Source: Myxococcota bacterium (GTDB lineage Bacteria; Myxococcota_A; SURF-8; G963663525). Taken from it: a DNA stretch of 50,179 bases. Both the position numbers and the translations under genes were made by a program. Position 1 is the first letter of the stretch, and every line of letters starts with the position of its first letter. The notes below the pieces were generated by a model, which saw nothing but the letters and a program-made list of their open reading frames with translations, searched no databases and was not told the origin of the DNA. Below, one piece after another: positions 28,628 to 37,720 of the stretch. The stretch spans positions 1-50,179 of the forward strand of contig CAXXVK010000017.1 in the NCBI GenBank assembly GCA_963676915.2. Reading direction: 5' to 3'.

Positions 28628-28704
28628 CGGAGCGTAGCGCAGTCTGGTAGCGCACCTGAATGGGGTTCAGGGGGTCGGAGGTTCAAATCCTCTCGCTCCG
28701 ACCA
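28628..28704 (+). tRNA. tRNA-Pro(GGG); integration target
   Basis: Acceptor stem CGGAGCG/CGCTCCG, anticodon stem CCTGA/TCAGG with loop ATGGGGT, GGTTCAAATCC, CCA. Confidence 0.96.
28657..28704 (+). repeat. attL core (3' 48 bp of tRNA-Pro)
   Basis: TGAATGGGGTTCAGGGGGTCGGAGGTTCAAATCCTCTCGCTCCGACCA, identical to 40919-40966. Confidence 0.95.
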
Positions 28705-28711
28705 AATAAAC

Positions 28712-28746
28712 AAAGGCATTTCGTATAGTTACGGAATGCCTTTTCT
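28712..28746 (+). terminator. Element-supplied terminator downstream of tRNA-Pro
   Basis: AAAGGCATTTCGTA-tagt-TACGGAATGCCTTT hairpin followed by a T-rich tract. Confidence 0.75.
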
Positions 28747-28770
28747 TTTCTTCTGCTTCCTTTTTTACGT

Positions 28771-28791
28771 ATCGTCGCAGCATCGTCGCAG
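28771..28791 (+). repeat. Putative integrase arm-type sites (left)
   Basis: ATCGTCGCAG-C-ATCGTCGCAG; the same motif recurs four times at 40751-40810. Confidence 0.75.
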
Positions 28792-28928
28792 TGGGGCAGG
28801 ATTTAATAATTTGCCTTGACAAATAACAACAGTCCAGCATATCCTGGATACACTGTTCTTTAGAAACGATTTACCCACCAATAACCGGCCATCATAGTTT
28901 AGACATAGCTCGGCCCAAAGGAGAAGCT

Positions 28929-29198
28929 ATGACTAAACTGTCTGTAATCAAGCATTTCACAACTTCACTATTAGCAAAGCGCCTTCATTTGAAAGAACAA
29001 ACGTTGCGGCACTGGCGCATGATTGGTTGTGGCCCGAAGTACATTCGAATCGGGGGCAGGCGTGGCCGCTGCCTCTATCGATTAGAGGATGTCGAAGCTT
29101 GGGAAGCCCAAAGGATTTTTAGCAATACGACCGAAGAGGCTCAAAAAGGCGAAACCATCGCAAACTCTGTGCAAGCAGAAGGGGGTGAGCAGCGATGA
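28929..29198 (+). CDS. AlpA/excisionase-like HTH protein
   Basis: LAKRLHLKEQTLRHWRMIGCGPKYIRIGG..CLYRLEDVEAWE. Confidence 0.85.
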   Translation: MTKLSVIKHFTTSLLAKRLHLKEQTLRHWRMIGCGPKYIRIGGRRGRCLYRLEDVEAWEAQRIFSNTTEEAQKGETIANSVQAEGGEQR

Positions 29199-31330
29199 AA
29201 CCGCAAGAAGCTTACGAAATTGGACTATCCATAATTCCCTGCAATGCAGACAAGACCCCAATGGTGAAATGGAAACCGTATCAAACCAAACCAGCCGAAA
29301 GAGGATTAATCAAGAAGTGGTTCGAAAAGAACCTATCTATGTGGGCCATCGTGACCGGATCAGCTAGTGGGGCCAGTGTCCTGGACTTCGATGGAAAAGA
29401 GGGAAAAGCTTTAGTGGAACGGTTTGGTATTCGTCCCCACGTTCAAACCCCGAATGGATTCCATTGGTACTTGGAATACGACCCACGCCTCAAGACAGTT
29501 GCGGGGGTTAGAAAGGGCTTGGATTCGCGTGGCAACGGTGGCTATGTCATCTTCAGTTCGAACGTCAAGGGGAAAGACTACAAATGGCTCCGGCCTTTCG
29601 AACCAGACCCCATTGAATCCCTTCCGCAAGAACTCGCCAAAGATTTGGGGTTGGAAAAGGATAGGCCAAACAAGGTTTCTTCTGCTGGCTTGGTTCAATG
29701 GGCATTGAAGCGAGTCAAAAAAAGCGGTGGAAGAAACAATGCTGGTTTTGAGCTTTGCTGTCAGCTCCGGGACAACCGAGTACCTTTGGAAGAGGCTCGC
29801 AAAGCTGTTCTCGAATTTCAAAACCAATGCCCGGATAAAAATGCATCAGGGGAAAAGCAAGCCTATAGCGAAACAGAGGCGCTTAGAAGCCTAGAGCAAG
29901 CGTATTCGGGCAATGTACGAACCCCCTGGGGACATGATTTAGAAGAACTCGCCGTAATCCAAACAACCGATTCTGGTTTTTCCAGTCTCTTCAGGGAATG
30001 CTTTGGGAATTTACTTCTTTATTCTTCTTCTCTTGGTTGGCTCCGTTATTCCGGGCAACTCTGGCAACAGATTGACCTTTGCGCCTTGATTCCTTGGGCG
30101 GAGCGCATAGTAAAAGACTACATCAACCAGATGCTTGAAGGTCTGGACCCGGGAAGCTTCAGCAGCCAGGATCTTAAGCAGGCGTTGAAATTCCTTCAGA
30201 GGCCAAGGCTTGAATCCATCGTCAAGCTTTCCGCTGGCTATATTCTGTGCGAACCAAACGAATTTGACAGACATGAATTGTATCTCAACACTCCCTCTGG
30301 CGTAGTTGAGCTTGAAACAGGCAATCTTGTTCGTCATGATCCCGACCTTCGCTTCAGAAAAATGACGAATGCCCCTTTCAGCCCTGATGCCGAATACCCA
30401 CGTTTCGAGCGCTTTCTAACAGAGACGTTTCAAGGCGATGAAGAATTGATAAATTTTTTCCAAGTCGCAATGGGGTACACGCTTACGGGGCTTAGTTCCG
30501 AACGTGCGGTTTTCTTTTGTCACGGTTCGGGCGCAAATGGCAAAAGTGTTCTGTTTCGTGTATGCGCGACTGTCTTGGGTTCTTACGCTTCGGCAACGCC
30601 TGTTAGAACGATCCTGACACCTGCTCAAAGCGATGCAATCAGGAATGACCTAGCTCGGCTTGCTGGCGCTCGGCTGGTAACGATTTCGGAAAGCCCCGAA
30701 GATGCCGAGCTTGACGAATCCACAGTAAAAGCTTTAACAGGCGGGGATAAAATGGCGGCACGATTCCTGAACAAGGAATATTTCGAATTCGTGCCTTCCT
30801 TCAAAATCTGGGTGGCGTTGAATGATTTGCCAGCGATACGAGGTCGTAACGCTGCGATATGGTCACGAATCAAGGCCGTTCCCTTTTCAAACGTAATCCC
30901 TGAAGCTAAACAGGATAAGAAACTTGACGAAAAGCTTTTGGAGGAAGCACCAGGCATACTTCGCTTCCTTGTTGAAGGTGCAAGGGAATACCTAAGGCTT
31001 GGTAAACTGCCTTACTGTCAAGCGGTTGAGAGGCATTCAGCGGAATATCAAGCGATGCAGCGGGGAACAAGCATCAAAAGCTTTCTTGAAGAATGCACCG
31101 AACAAGAAATGTTTGCCGAAACGAAGGCGATGTATCTTTATTCGGCCTATCGCGTGAGATGCGAAAAGCTAGGCGGTTCTCCTTTGTCTATTACTGCGTT
31201 CGGTAAAGAAATGGGTAATCTCTGCGAAAAGCACAGAACGGCAAATGGCGTTGTTTATCGTGGGGTCCGCATCAAAGGCATTGGGGATACCACTTCAGGC
31301 ATGGATGCAGAGTATGTTCAGTTTGAATAG
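29195..31330 (+). CDS. Bifunctional primase-polymerase fused to a P4/D5-type SF3 helicase
   Basis: N-terminal Prim-Pol motifs (VLDFD, TPNGFHWY, DSRGNGGYV), GRNN, LNTPSGVVEL, Walker A GSGANGKS, VKALTGGD, ARFL. Confidence 0.92.
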   Translation: MKPQEAYEIGLSIIPCNADKTPMVKWKPYQTKPAERGLIKKWFEKNLSMWAIVTGSASGASVLDFDGKEGKALVERFGIRPHVQTPNGFHWYLEYDPRLKTVAGVRKGLDSRGNGGYVIFSSNVKGKDYKWLRPFEPDPIESLPQELAKDLGLEKDRPNKVSSAGLVQWALKRVKKSGGRNNAGFELCCQLRDNRVPLEEARKAVLEFQNQCPDKNASGEKQAYSETEALRSLEQAYSGNVRTPWGHDLEELAVIQTTDSGFSSLFRECFGNLLLYSSSLGWLRYSGQLWQQIDLCALIPWAERIVKDYINQMLEGLDPGSFSSQDLKQALKFLQRPRLESIVKLSAGYILCEPNEFDRHELYLNTPSGVVELETGNLVRHDPDLRFRKMTNAPFSPDAEYPRFERFLTETFQGDEELINFFQVAMGYTLTGLSSERAVFFCHGSGANGKSVLFRVCATVLGSYASATPVRTILTPAQSDAIRNDLARLAGARLVTISESPEDAELDESTVKALTGGDKMAARFLNKEYFEFVPSFKIWVALNDLPAIRGRNAAIWSRIKAVPFSNVIPEAKQDKKLDEKLLEEAPGILRFLVEGAREYLRLGKLPYCQAVERHSAEYQAMQRGTSIKSFLEECTEQEMFAETKAMYLYSAYRVRCEKLGGSPLSITAFGKEMGNLCEKHRTANGVVYRGVRIKGIGDTTSGMDAEYVQFE

Positions 31331-31405
31331 TCTGGAGGTAAACCGCAGGAAATAAGGCATAGAAATGAATCCGGGGAAGCCTACATACTCTACAAAGCCT
31401 ACAGG
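31306..31405. repeat. Candidate replication origin (opposed iteron arrays with 9-bp period)
   Basis: Degenerate TG-initiated units at 31306, 31315, 31324 and 31333 (TGCAG, TGTTC, TGAAT, TGGAG) face CTACA units at 31381, 31390 and 31399, at the end of the primase gene. Confidence 0.5.
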
Positions 31406-31508
31406 CTTCAAAAAGGTTCGATCCCCGGATTTTCGTCAACGAACAACGGCACTGGTTGTGTTCCTCATGGAATGCGTCGAAAATGTCACCTGTAGAATAG
31501 AGGTTAAA

Positions 31509-31790
31509 ATGAACAGTCAAAATGCTTTGGGTTTCGTGCTCGAACACAAGAACGAGAGAAACACGCGACGCTATTACTACTGCCCTGCTTGTCTTGTGAA
31601 AAAGCTGGATGCACACAGAAAGCCAATCGCGCCGATTTACAATGAACAGGATCTTCATGAAAAGCGTTGCTGCGGTTGCCATAGATACTATTTCAACGGA
31701 TGGCGGGAAGATCTTGGCTACCATCAATGGAAAGCCAGTTTGAAAAACAGGGCTATTTGTAGAAAAAAGACAACGGAAATAGCTCCTTGA
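31509..31790 (+). CDS. Small hypothetical protein with two Cys clusters (CPAC, CCGC)
   Basis: In frame with ORF 31365-31790; GAGG SD before ATG 31509. Confidence 0.5.
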   Translation: MNSQNALGFVLEHKNERNTRRYYYCPACLVKKLDAHRKPIAPIYNEQDLHEKRCCGCHRYYFNGWREDLGYHQWKASLKNRAICRKKTTEIAP

Positions 31791-32430
31791 GCAACGGAAT
31801 AAGTGCTTCTTTCCGGGCGGTTTGGTGAATTCTTGAGGCGATGGGGTGAACTAATAGAAGAATCTCCTGAACCGGCAGGAAAAACGATCTCGGCATTTTT
31901 TGTAATATTCTTTTCATGAGGTATGGAATATTCTGTATTATTTCAGTAGTTTACAGAGAAATTCCTCTGCCAATTATTCGTAGAAAACTCCGTGCTGCAT
32001 TTAGTGTGCAAGTGAAAAGGTACGGATACGCCTGTATCGTCGCAATAAAAAAGGATATTCGAGTGGGCTTACTCCTCATTGTCGGCAATTCTAAAACCAC
32101 TTCAACCTTGAAGCAGATGTAAGGTTTCAGGCAAAAAGTTTTCTTTCTGCTCGCTCAGCTTTTCTGCTAGAATCCGTTGCGAAAGCAAGCATCTAGCATT
32201 TCCTGAAGGCTCAAAAGTACGTGAATTTAAGACCTATTTATTGGTTTGTGCCGGTTCATAGAATAGACAAGGGAAAAACGAATGTCAGCAAAAGAGATAA
32301 CCGCCTATTTGCGGAAAATTGAATTGAAATTCAAAGCAGGGAATGCAACGGAACACACGCACAGACCAGCCTTGCAAGAATTGATTGGCCGCTGAAATAA
32401 TTTTCAAGAATAAATAAAGGGGAAACCAGA

Positions 32431-33867
32431 ATGGGCATTACCATTACCAATGATGGTCCTCAAACCATTGGCGCGATAAAGGAACATTTTGAATACGGCA
32501 ATATTTTTCTTTCTCCCGATGAATACCAGCGCGAGAATGCTTGGAATATACCGCAGAAAAAGCTTCTGATTGATACAATATTCAGGGGCATGGATGTTCC
32601 GAAATTTTACCTTTGGAAGGTTAATCACCAAACGCTAAAAGATGGTGGTTATCCAGATGGCGATTTGAAGGATGAATACAAGCGCATCCTCGATGATCGG
32701 CTTGTCAATCAGAGTGAAGTGGACCCACATATCTATGAAGTAGTTGACGGACAACAACGAATCCGCACGATCTTGGAATATATGGGGGTTGAACCGCCTA
32801 ACGATTTTGTTTATAGGGGAGAGTGGCTAACACCGTTCCACTCTGAAGACGATACACCTAACGCCAGCGGCAAGCTATTCAAGGAATTGAATCCAAATCA
32901 AAGGATGGTCTTTACTCAGAAAAATCTTTCCGTTGTAATACTTGAGAACTCCCATATTGACGATATCCGCGATATGTTCTTGAGGCTTCAAAACGGTACA
33001 CCTTTGAATGCCCAACAGAAACGCGATGCAATGGGATCAAACTCAGGAAGAGCGGCAAGAGAACTGGCAGAATTGCCGTTCTTCACGAAGTCCGTCAGCT
33101 TCGGAAACACAAAGTCTGAGCATCGCTGGGTTGCTTCGCAAATGCTCAATTTGGAAGTGAAGCGCGATTTCACAAGCTGTACCTCGCCAATGCTTAATAA
33201 ATTTTACGAGGATTACAAAAGCAATGAAATTGAACCTGCTGTTTCAGACAAGGCCAAGCGGATACTAAAAATGCTCGGCAAGATATTTCCAGATAGAAGC
33301 CCGTACCTTAAAAACAGAGGCTATGCGCTAAGTCTGTATTGGATACTTTCAAAGATTCTGAAGGACTATAAGATTGCCCCCTCCCAGTACCCTAAAATAC
33401 GAGAGAATTTTGAGCGCTTTGAGGTAAGGCGCTTGGAAGCGATGAAGCGTGATTATAAGCGCAAAGGCGATGATATTTATCAAAACCTCAGCTATTACTT
33501 CTCAAGAAGTACAGACGCCAAAGACGCAATTACCGAGCGCCATACGATCATAACACAACCATTGTTTGAAAACATAGCTCTTGAAGAATTGCCTAACCTT
33601 GATCCTAATAGAAACTTCTCGGATGAAGAAAAGATGATTCTATACTACCGATGCAGCGGACGTTGCCAGATGGAACATAACGGCAAAGTGTGCAACCGAA
33701 AAATCGACTATGAAGATGCGGCAGTCGATCACATAACACCGCACAGCAAAGGCGGCAAAACTGAACTCAACAATGGTCGAATTGCACACAAGCTCTGCAA
33801 TATTGCCAGAGGTAACAAGGATAGCTTTGATCCAGAAACGCAATGCCATTTCAAAGAGACTGAATAA
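32431..33867 (+). CDS. DUF262 (ParB/Srx-like) + HNH endonuclease, GmrSD-like
   Basis: YQRENAW, VVDGQQR, FLRLQNGTPL; C-terminal C..C...DHITPHSKGGKTELNN...HKLCN. Confidence 0.88.
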   Translation: MGITITNDGPQTIGAIKEHFEYGNIFLSPDEYQRENAWNIPQKKLLIDTIFRGMDVPKFYLWKVNHQTLKDGGYPDGDLKDEYKRILDDRLVNQSEVDPHIYEVVDGQQRIRTILEYMGVEPPNDFVYRGEWLTPFHSEDDTPNASGKLFKELNPNQRMVFTQKNLSVVILENSHIDDIRDMFLRLQNGTPLNAQQKRDAMGSNSGRAARELAELPFFTKSVSFGNTKSEHRWVASQMLNLEVKRDFTSCTSPMLNKFYEDYKSNEIEPAVSDKAKRILKMLGKIFPDRSPYLKNRGYALSLYWILSKILKDYKIAPSQYPKIRENFERFEVRRLEAMKRDYKRKGDDIYQNLSYYFSRSTDAKDAITERHTIITQPLFENIALEELPNLDPNRNFSDEEKMILYYRCSGRCQMEHNGKVCNRKIDYEDAAVDHITPHSKGGKTELNNGRIAHKLCNIARGNKDSFDPETQCHFKETE

Positions 33868-34391
33868 TGAAGTCTAAACAGCCATCCAAGGCGATGATAA
33901 GCACTGCCTACCATGAGGCTGGTCATGCGGTAATGGGCTTCATGCTCGGTATTCGAATTCGGAATGTTTCCATTGTCCCTGATGAAAGCACTTTCGGCAG
34001 AGTTGAACACTCTTCCCCTTTGAAGAGCATAAATTTAGAAGTTGTGGATAAAGCAGACTATTCAAGATTTCGTATGGAAAAGAATGCTATCATGGCCTTT
34101 GCAGGAGCATTAGCGGAAAAGAAATTCAATCCACATGGATTCCGAAAGGTGTGGTCTATTACCGACTGGGAAATTGCATCATCTCTAATCGAAAGATACT
34201 CAATTTCACCTGAGGAACACAATGCTTATGTTAAACTCCTCCAGATTCGTGCCAAAGCCTTGGTTGAAGTATACTGGCCCGATATTGAAGACTTAGCCTC
34301 TCTTCTTCTTGAAAAGGAAAAGCTTTCAGGAAAGGCTGTTAGGAAATTTATTGAGTTAAATCCTGTTGAAAGAAGGCGGCTAACGAAGTAA
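33867..34391 (+). CDS. Stand-alone Zn metallopeptidase (FtsH/M41-like HEAGH domain, no AAA+)
   Basis: TAYHEAGHAV...AGALAE...D; its ATG overlaps the upstream TAA (TAATG). Confidence 0.75.
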   Translation: MKSKQPSKAMISTAYHEAGHAVMGFMLGIRIRNVSIVPDESTFGRVEHSSPLKSINLEVVDKADYSRFRMEKNAIMAFAGALAEKKFNPHGFRKVWSITDWEIASSLIERYSISPEEHNAYVKLLQIRAKALVEVYWPDIEDLASLLLEKEKLSGKAVRKFIELNPVERRRLTK

Positions 34392-34434
34392 AATAATCGA
34401 AACGTGCAATTAGAGAGTGTTAACCGCATTCCTT

Positions 34435-35604
34435 TTACTCACACGAAGCCGTCCAATTTCCGGTTTCTGTGCAGATTTCTTCCCCTTCGCAGGTTTGATA
34501 TTCGACCCAACGCCCGTACTCATTGCAGACTTGGACGCTGTTTTGCTCGCAAGATTGCCACTTTGGAGCACAATCGAACACGCGCCATATTCCATCATCG
34601 GACCACGTAGTATTCTCTTGAATCGTGCCTTGATGCGCGTTGTTCCCGGAATCCATTACAATTGATCCAGAGCCTTCGTTGAAATGCCAGAGAGCTTCAG
34701 TGTCCGAGTCCACTTCGTAACGAAAAGCCGGGGTGAAATTCTCTGTGTATTTCGTCTCACTGGAAAGCTTCACTTCATCGATAATCCCGTTAAAGAAAAA
34801 TCCCACATCGTCGCCCCCTTTGCCGATATACGCTCTTGGTGGAATTGTTGGGAGATCGATCGATGTGGTTTCGGTTTCTCCCATTTGCCTGCCATCAACA
34901 AAAATGGTGTAGGTATTTCCGTCTCTTACTCCCGCTATATGGTGCCAAGCGTCAGGGGAAATCGCTCCGGCGTCCGTGGTTACACGCCGTTTTAAATTTG
35001 TTGTGCGGTCGAAGTCTCCAAACGAAACCGTTCCATCAGCGCGTATGTTCACCCAAAGAGAGGCCCAATCAAGATATCCTTCGCCGTATACGGCTCCACC
35101 GTCTTCGGCATTTTCAAACCAGAAAATCCATGCTTCGACAGTATATTCCTGCAATCCGTATAAAATAAACTTCTCCCCGAAATCCACCCATCCCGTCTGT
35201 CCATCGAATAGCAAGGCTGTTTCGACGTTGCAGGATTCCCCTTCGCAGCCAATAGGACCGCATTGGACAGGGAGCAATTCTTTGCTACCTAGGTCGTTGC
35301 ATTGGTGAAGCTCGGTTCCTTCGCACCATTTTTCGTCTGGATTGCAGACTTTTTCATCTTCAGAATCGATTTCAGTTTCCGTGTCAGAAATTTCAATTTC
35401 GGCTTCGTTTTCCATACGATCCGAGTTTTCTTCCTGCTCCGTGTCGCCGCCGATGGATGGTGTATCGGCTTCGTCTTCCAACTCGGAATCTCCGTCAAAT
35501 CCAGAATCACCCGTATAGGTGACTTCGGAATCGGAACAGCCTCCAAAAATCAGGACAAGGGAAAAAATGGAAAAAAGCATCGTTTTGCGTGAAATCACCT
35601 GCAT
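34435..35604 (-). CDS. LamG/concanavalin-like domain lipoprotein
   Basis: Lipobox FGGC, D/E-rich linker, YTVEAWI, WHHIAGV, FNGIIDEV, LWHFNEGSG; Cys-rich flanks. Confidence 0.85.
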   Translation of the reverse strand: MQVISRKTMLFSIFSLVLIFGGCSDSEVTYTGDSGFDGDSELEDEADTPSIGGDTEQEENSDRMENEAEIEISDTETEIDSEDEKVCNPDEKWCEGTELHQCNDLGSKELLPVQCGPIGCEGESCNVETALLFDGQTGWVDFGEKFILYGLQEYTVEAWIFWFENAEDGGAVYGEGYLDWASLWVNIRADGTVSFGDFDRTTNLKRRVTTDAGAISPDAWHHIAGVRDGNTYTIFVDGRQMGETETTSIDLPTIPPRAYIGKGGDDVGFFFNGIIDEVKLSSETKYTENFTPAFRYEVDSDTEALWHFNEGSGSIVMDSGNNAHQGTIQENTTWSDDGIWRVFDCAPKWQSCEQNSVQVCNEYGRWVEYQTCEGEEICTETGNWTASCE

Positions 35605-35609
35605 TTTTC

Positions 35610-35760
35610 AGCACCTCCCATAGCGCGGTTGACAGTCAGCCTAAAAAGAAACGGGGCGACACAGAACCAGCCAAGCCCATTCAGTGCGCCCCGCCCAAAG
35701 AGGCGCACGTGTGCTCAGCACGGCGCGTATGGGAGCGCGTCGAGCTTGGCTGTTTGTCTG
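35610..35760 (-). promoter_or_regulatory. Candidate structured 5' leader of the LamG gene
   Basis: Several long complementary segments, one of which pairs with the GGGAGG Shine-Dalgarno (see findings). Confidence 0.5.
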
Positions 35761-36028
35761 CTTCGACAATCCGAGCGTATCCGATCACGGGTGAGCAGTC
35801 CGCCAGCCCCGAAGGGCAAGAAACGCACGTATCGCATGAAGCGTATCGATTGTATCAAGATTGCTTCTGAATTCCAGAAGAATTTCCAATCTTTAAGAAA
35901 AATCAGCTTTTTTTCTTGTTGGTATGTTCCTGTTCTTGACTGACGAGGAAATTCCGAATAGTTTGTGATCAGAGGATGCGGGCAAGAAAAAACAAGCTCC
36001 AAATCACGTGCTTTTTTGTTGCAACTTT

Positions 36029-36052
36029 GCTATAATTATACTTAATTATAGC
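36029..36052. promoter_or_regulatory. Operator-like palindrome upstream of the sce7726-like gene
   Basis: Perfect 10-bp inverted repeat GCTATAATTA-tact-TAATTATAGC, with TATAAT on both strands. Confidence 0.6.
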
Positions 36053-36074
36053 TTCAATACTAAACGATGGATCG

Positions 36075-36653
36075 ATGAAAGATTGTGATATCAGGCAAGT
36101 TTTGCTCTCGGATTTAGAGCGGAAGTATGGAAACGATCCCGACACCATTGTCGTTGAAGAACTTGGTCTTTGTCAGGGAGAATCAAGAATCGATATCGCC
36201 GTTATTAACGGTACTATGCACGGAATTGAGATTAAAAGCGACGAAGACACCTTGAAACGTTTGCCAATTCAGATGGAATTCTACAATCGATCATTCGATA
36301 CCGTTACTTTGGTTGTCGGCAGCAAGCATTTGAAATCTGCAAGGCAAATCATTCCGAAATGGTGGGGTGTGGTTGAAGCGAAAGAAAATGGAAATGAAAC
36401 CACCTTGACCAAGCGGAGAAAAGATAGGAAAAATCCCAAGCTAGACCCCGAAGCTATCGTTCAGCTTCTTTGGAGAGATGAAGCAATCGAAATTTTAAAA
36501 AGAAGAAACCTTCAACATGGGTATATTAGCAAGACCAAATGGGAGATATTTGACAGGTTGATCGAGAAATTGTCAGTCTTTGAAATTCAGAGTGAGGTTA
36601 GAAACCATCTCAAATCACGCGAGAATTGGCGATCTGATTTGCAACCAGTGTAA
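36075..36653 (+). CDS. sce7726-family protein (PD-(D/E)xK nuclease-like)
   Basis: VEELG...RIDIAVING..HGIEIKSDEDTLKRLP.Q...Y...FD...P.WWG. Confidence 0.75.
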   Translation: MKDCDIRQVLLSDLERKYGNDPDTIVVEELGLCQGESRIDIAVINGTMHGIEIKSDEDTLKRLPIQMEFYNRSFDTVTLVVGSKHLKSARQIIPKWWGVVEAKENGNETTLTKRRKDRKNPKLDPEAIVQLLWRDEAIEILKRRNLQHGYISKTKWEIFDRLIEKLSVFEIQSEVRNHLKSRENWRSDLQPV

Positions 36654-37710
36654 GATGATGATTTGTTCCTATTTTTCTCCAGGTAGTTAAATTCCCTGGA
36701 CCTTTACTTCCAATACGGCAATTTTGTATGTACCAATCCCCAAAAGAAAATTGCGGAGGGTAGAATTTTGCGTTAGTACGAAGTTGTTGGGCGAGATTAT
36801 AAAATTGCTTAAAATCTCTGCTCATTCTTCCGTTTATCTTCTTCTTAGTACCGCCACCTTTTACTATTAACCACGTTTTTTCAAGTGTGTAGCGGATATT
36901 GGCACTAGGATTCATCCTAAGATCGAAGTCAAGTATTTCAGGGTTGCAAATCCCATAGTCTGAATATACAGGAAGTGGTTGGATGCCTTTTTTCTTCGCC
37001 TGCCGCAATACCTTCTCCCACAGAACGATTTCATTTCTTGGGATTTCCTCTATCGAGTGAGTACTAACCCCACCCATGTGCTCTGGAAAACCGGATGCTG
37101 CTAAAATCACTGATTTCCATTTGTCGATTCCTTTAAAATTCTTCAGGAAATCTATGACATCGCTTAATCTATCAGAAATTTCAGTTTCTTCTAAATGCCT
37201 GATATCAAGCAATAAATGCGACTCGCTTTCTTTGGCCTTGAGGTCAGACAACAGTGATTTTAACTCGACTGATGAGGCTTGAATATTTTCGATGTCTTCT
37301 CTTAAAAGGCGAAAAAGTACGCCCCGGCCATCAGCTTTAATAGTTTGAGCAACAGCTTGATTATAGGCAGTGTCTCTATCGAGTCCGGTGACTGGAATTG
37401 CAATTACACCCTCCTGACGCATCCTGTCGAAAGAGTATTTAACATAATGCATTTTTTTTGATGTCCTTTTGTCTAGTCCAATGTCGTAATAGTCAACAAA
37501 GACAGGTCTATCAATTCCCCAATACCTTCTCATGTCGATTGCTTTATTAGAAAGATATTCGTCGAACCGGCTTTTCCATCTATCCTCTGGTCTGGGGATA
37601 TCAAAAAATGGGGTGAATTTAGGGCGAATATTTGGCTCCAGCTCTTTTAAAGCCCAAAACTCGCCTTTCTTGCCCTTCAAGATGGGAACGTAGTGCTTGT
37701 GACTAAACAT
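36610..37710 (-). CDS. Beta-family protein (phage P4 beta / sce7725-like)
   Basis: YVPILKGKKGE..AL, IPVTGL, ASGFP, YSDYG, ANIRYT...W, W.KIGTNHHL. Confidence 0.75.
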   Translation of the reverse strand: MFSHKHYVPILKGKKGEFWALKELEPNIRPKFTPFFDIPRPEDRWKSRFDEYLSNKAIDMRRYWGIDRPVFVDYYDIGLDKRTSKKMHYVKYSFDRMRQEGVIAIPVTGLDRDTAYNQAVAQTIKADGRGVLFRLLREDIENIQASSVELKSLLSDLKAKESESHLLLDIRHLEETEISDRLSDVIDFLKNFKGIDKWKSVILAASGFPEHMGGVSTHSIEEIPRNEIVLWEKVLRQAKKKGIQPLPVYSDYGICNPEILDFDLRMNPSANIRYTLEKTWLIVKGGGTKKKINGRMSRDFKQFYNLAQQLRTNAKFYPPQFSFGDWYIQNCRIGSKGPGNLTTWRKIGTNHHLTLVANQIANSRVI

Positions 37711-37720
37711 ACTTTACTCC

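Noticed and set aside
31800-32430. Hidden gene or RNA in the AT-rich gap of element 1
   Set aside because: I found no convincing ORF, repeat or stable structure by eye.
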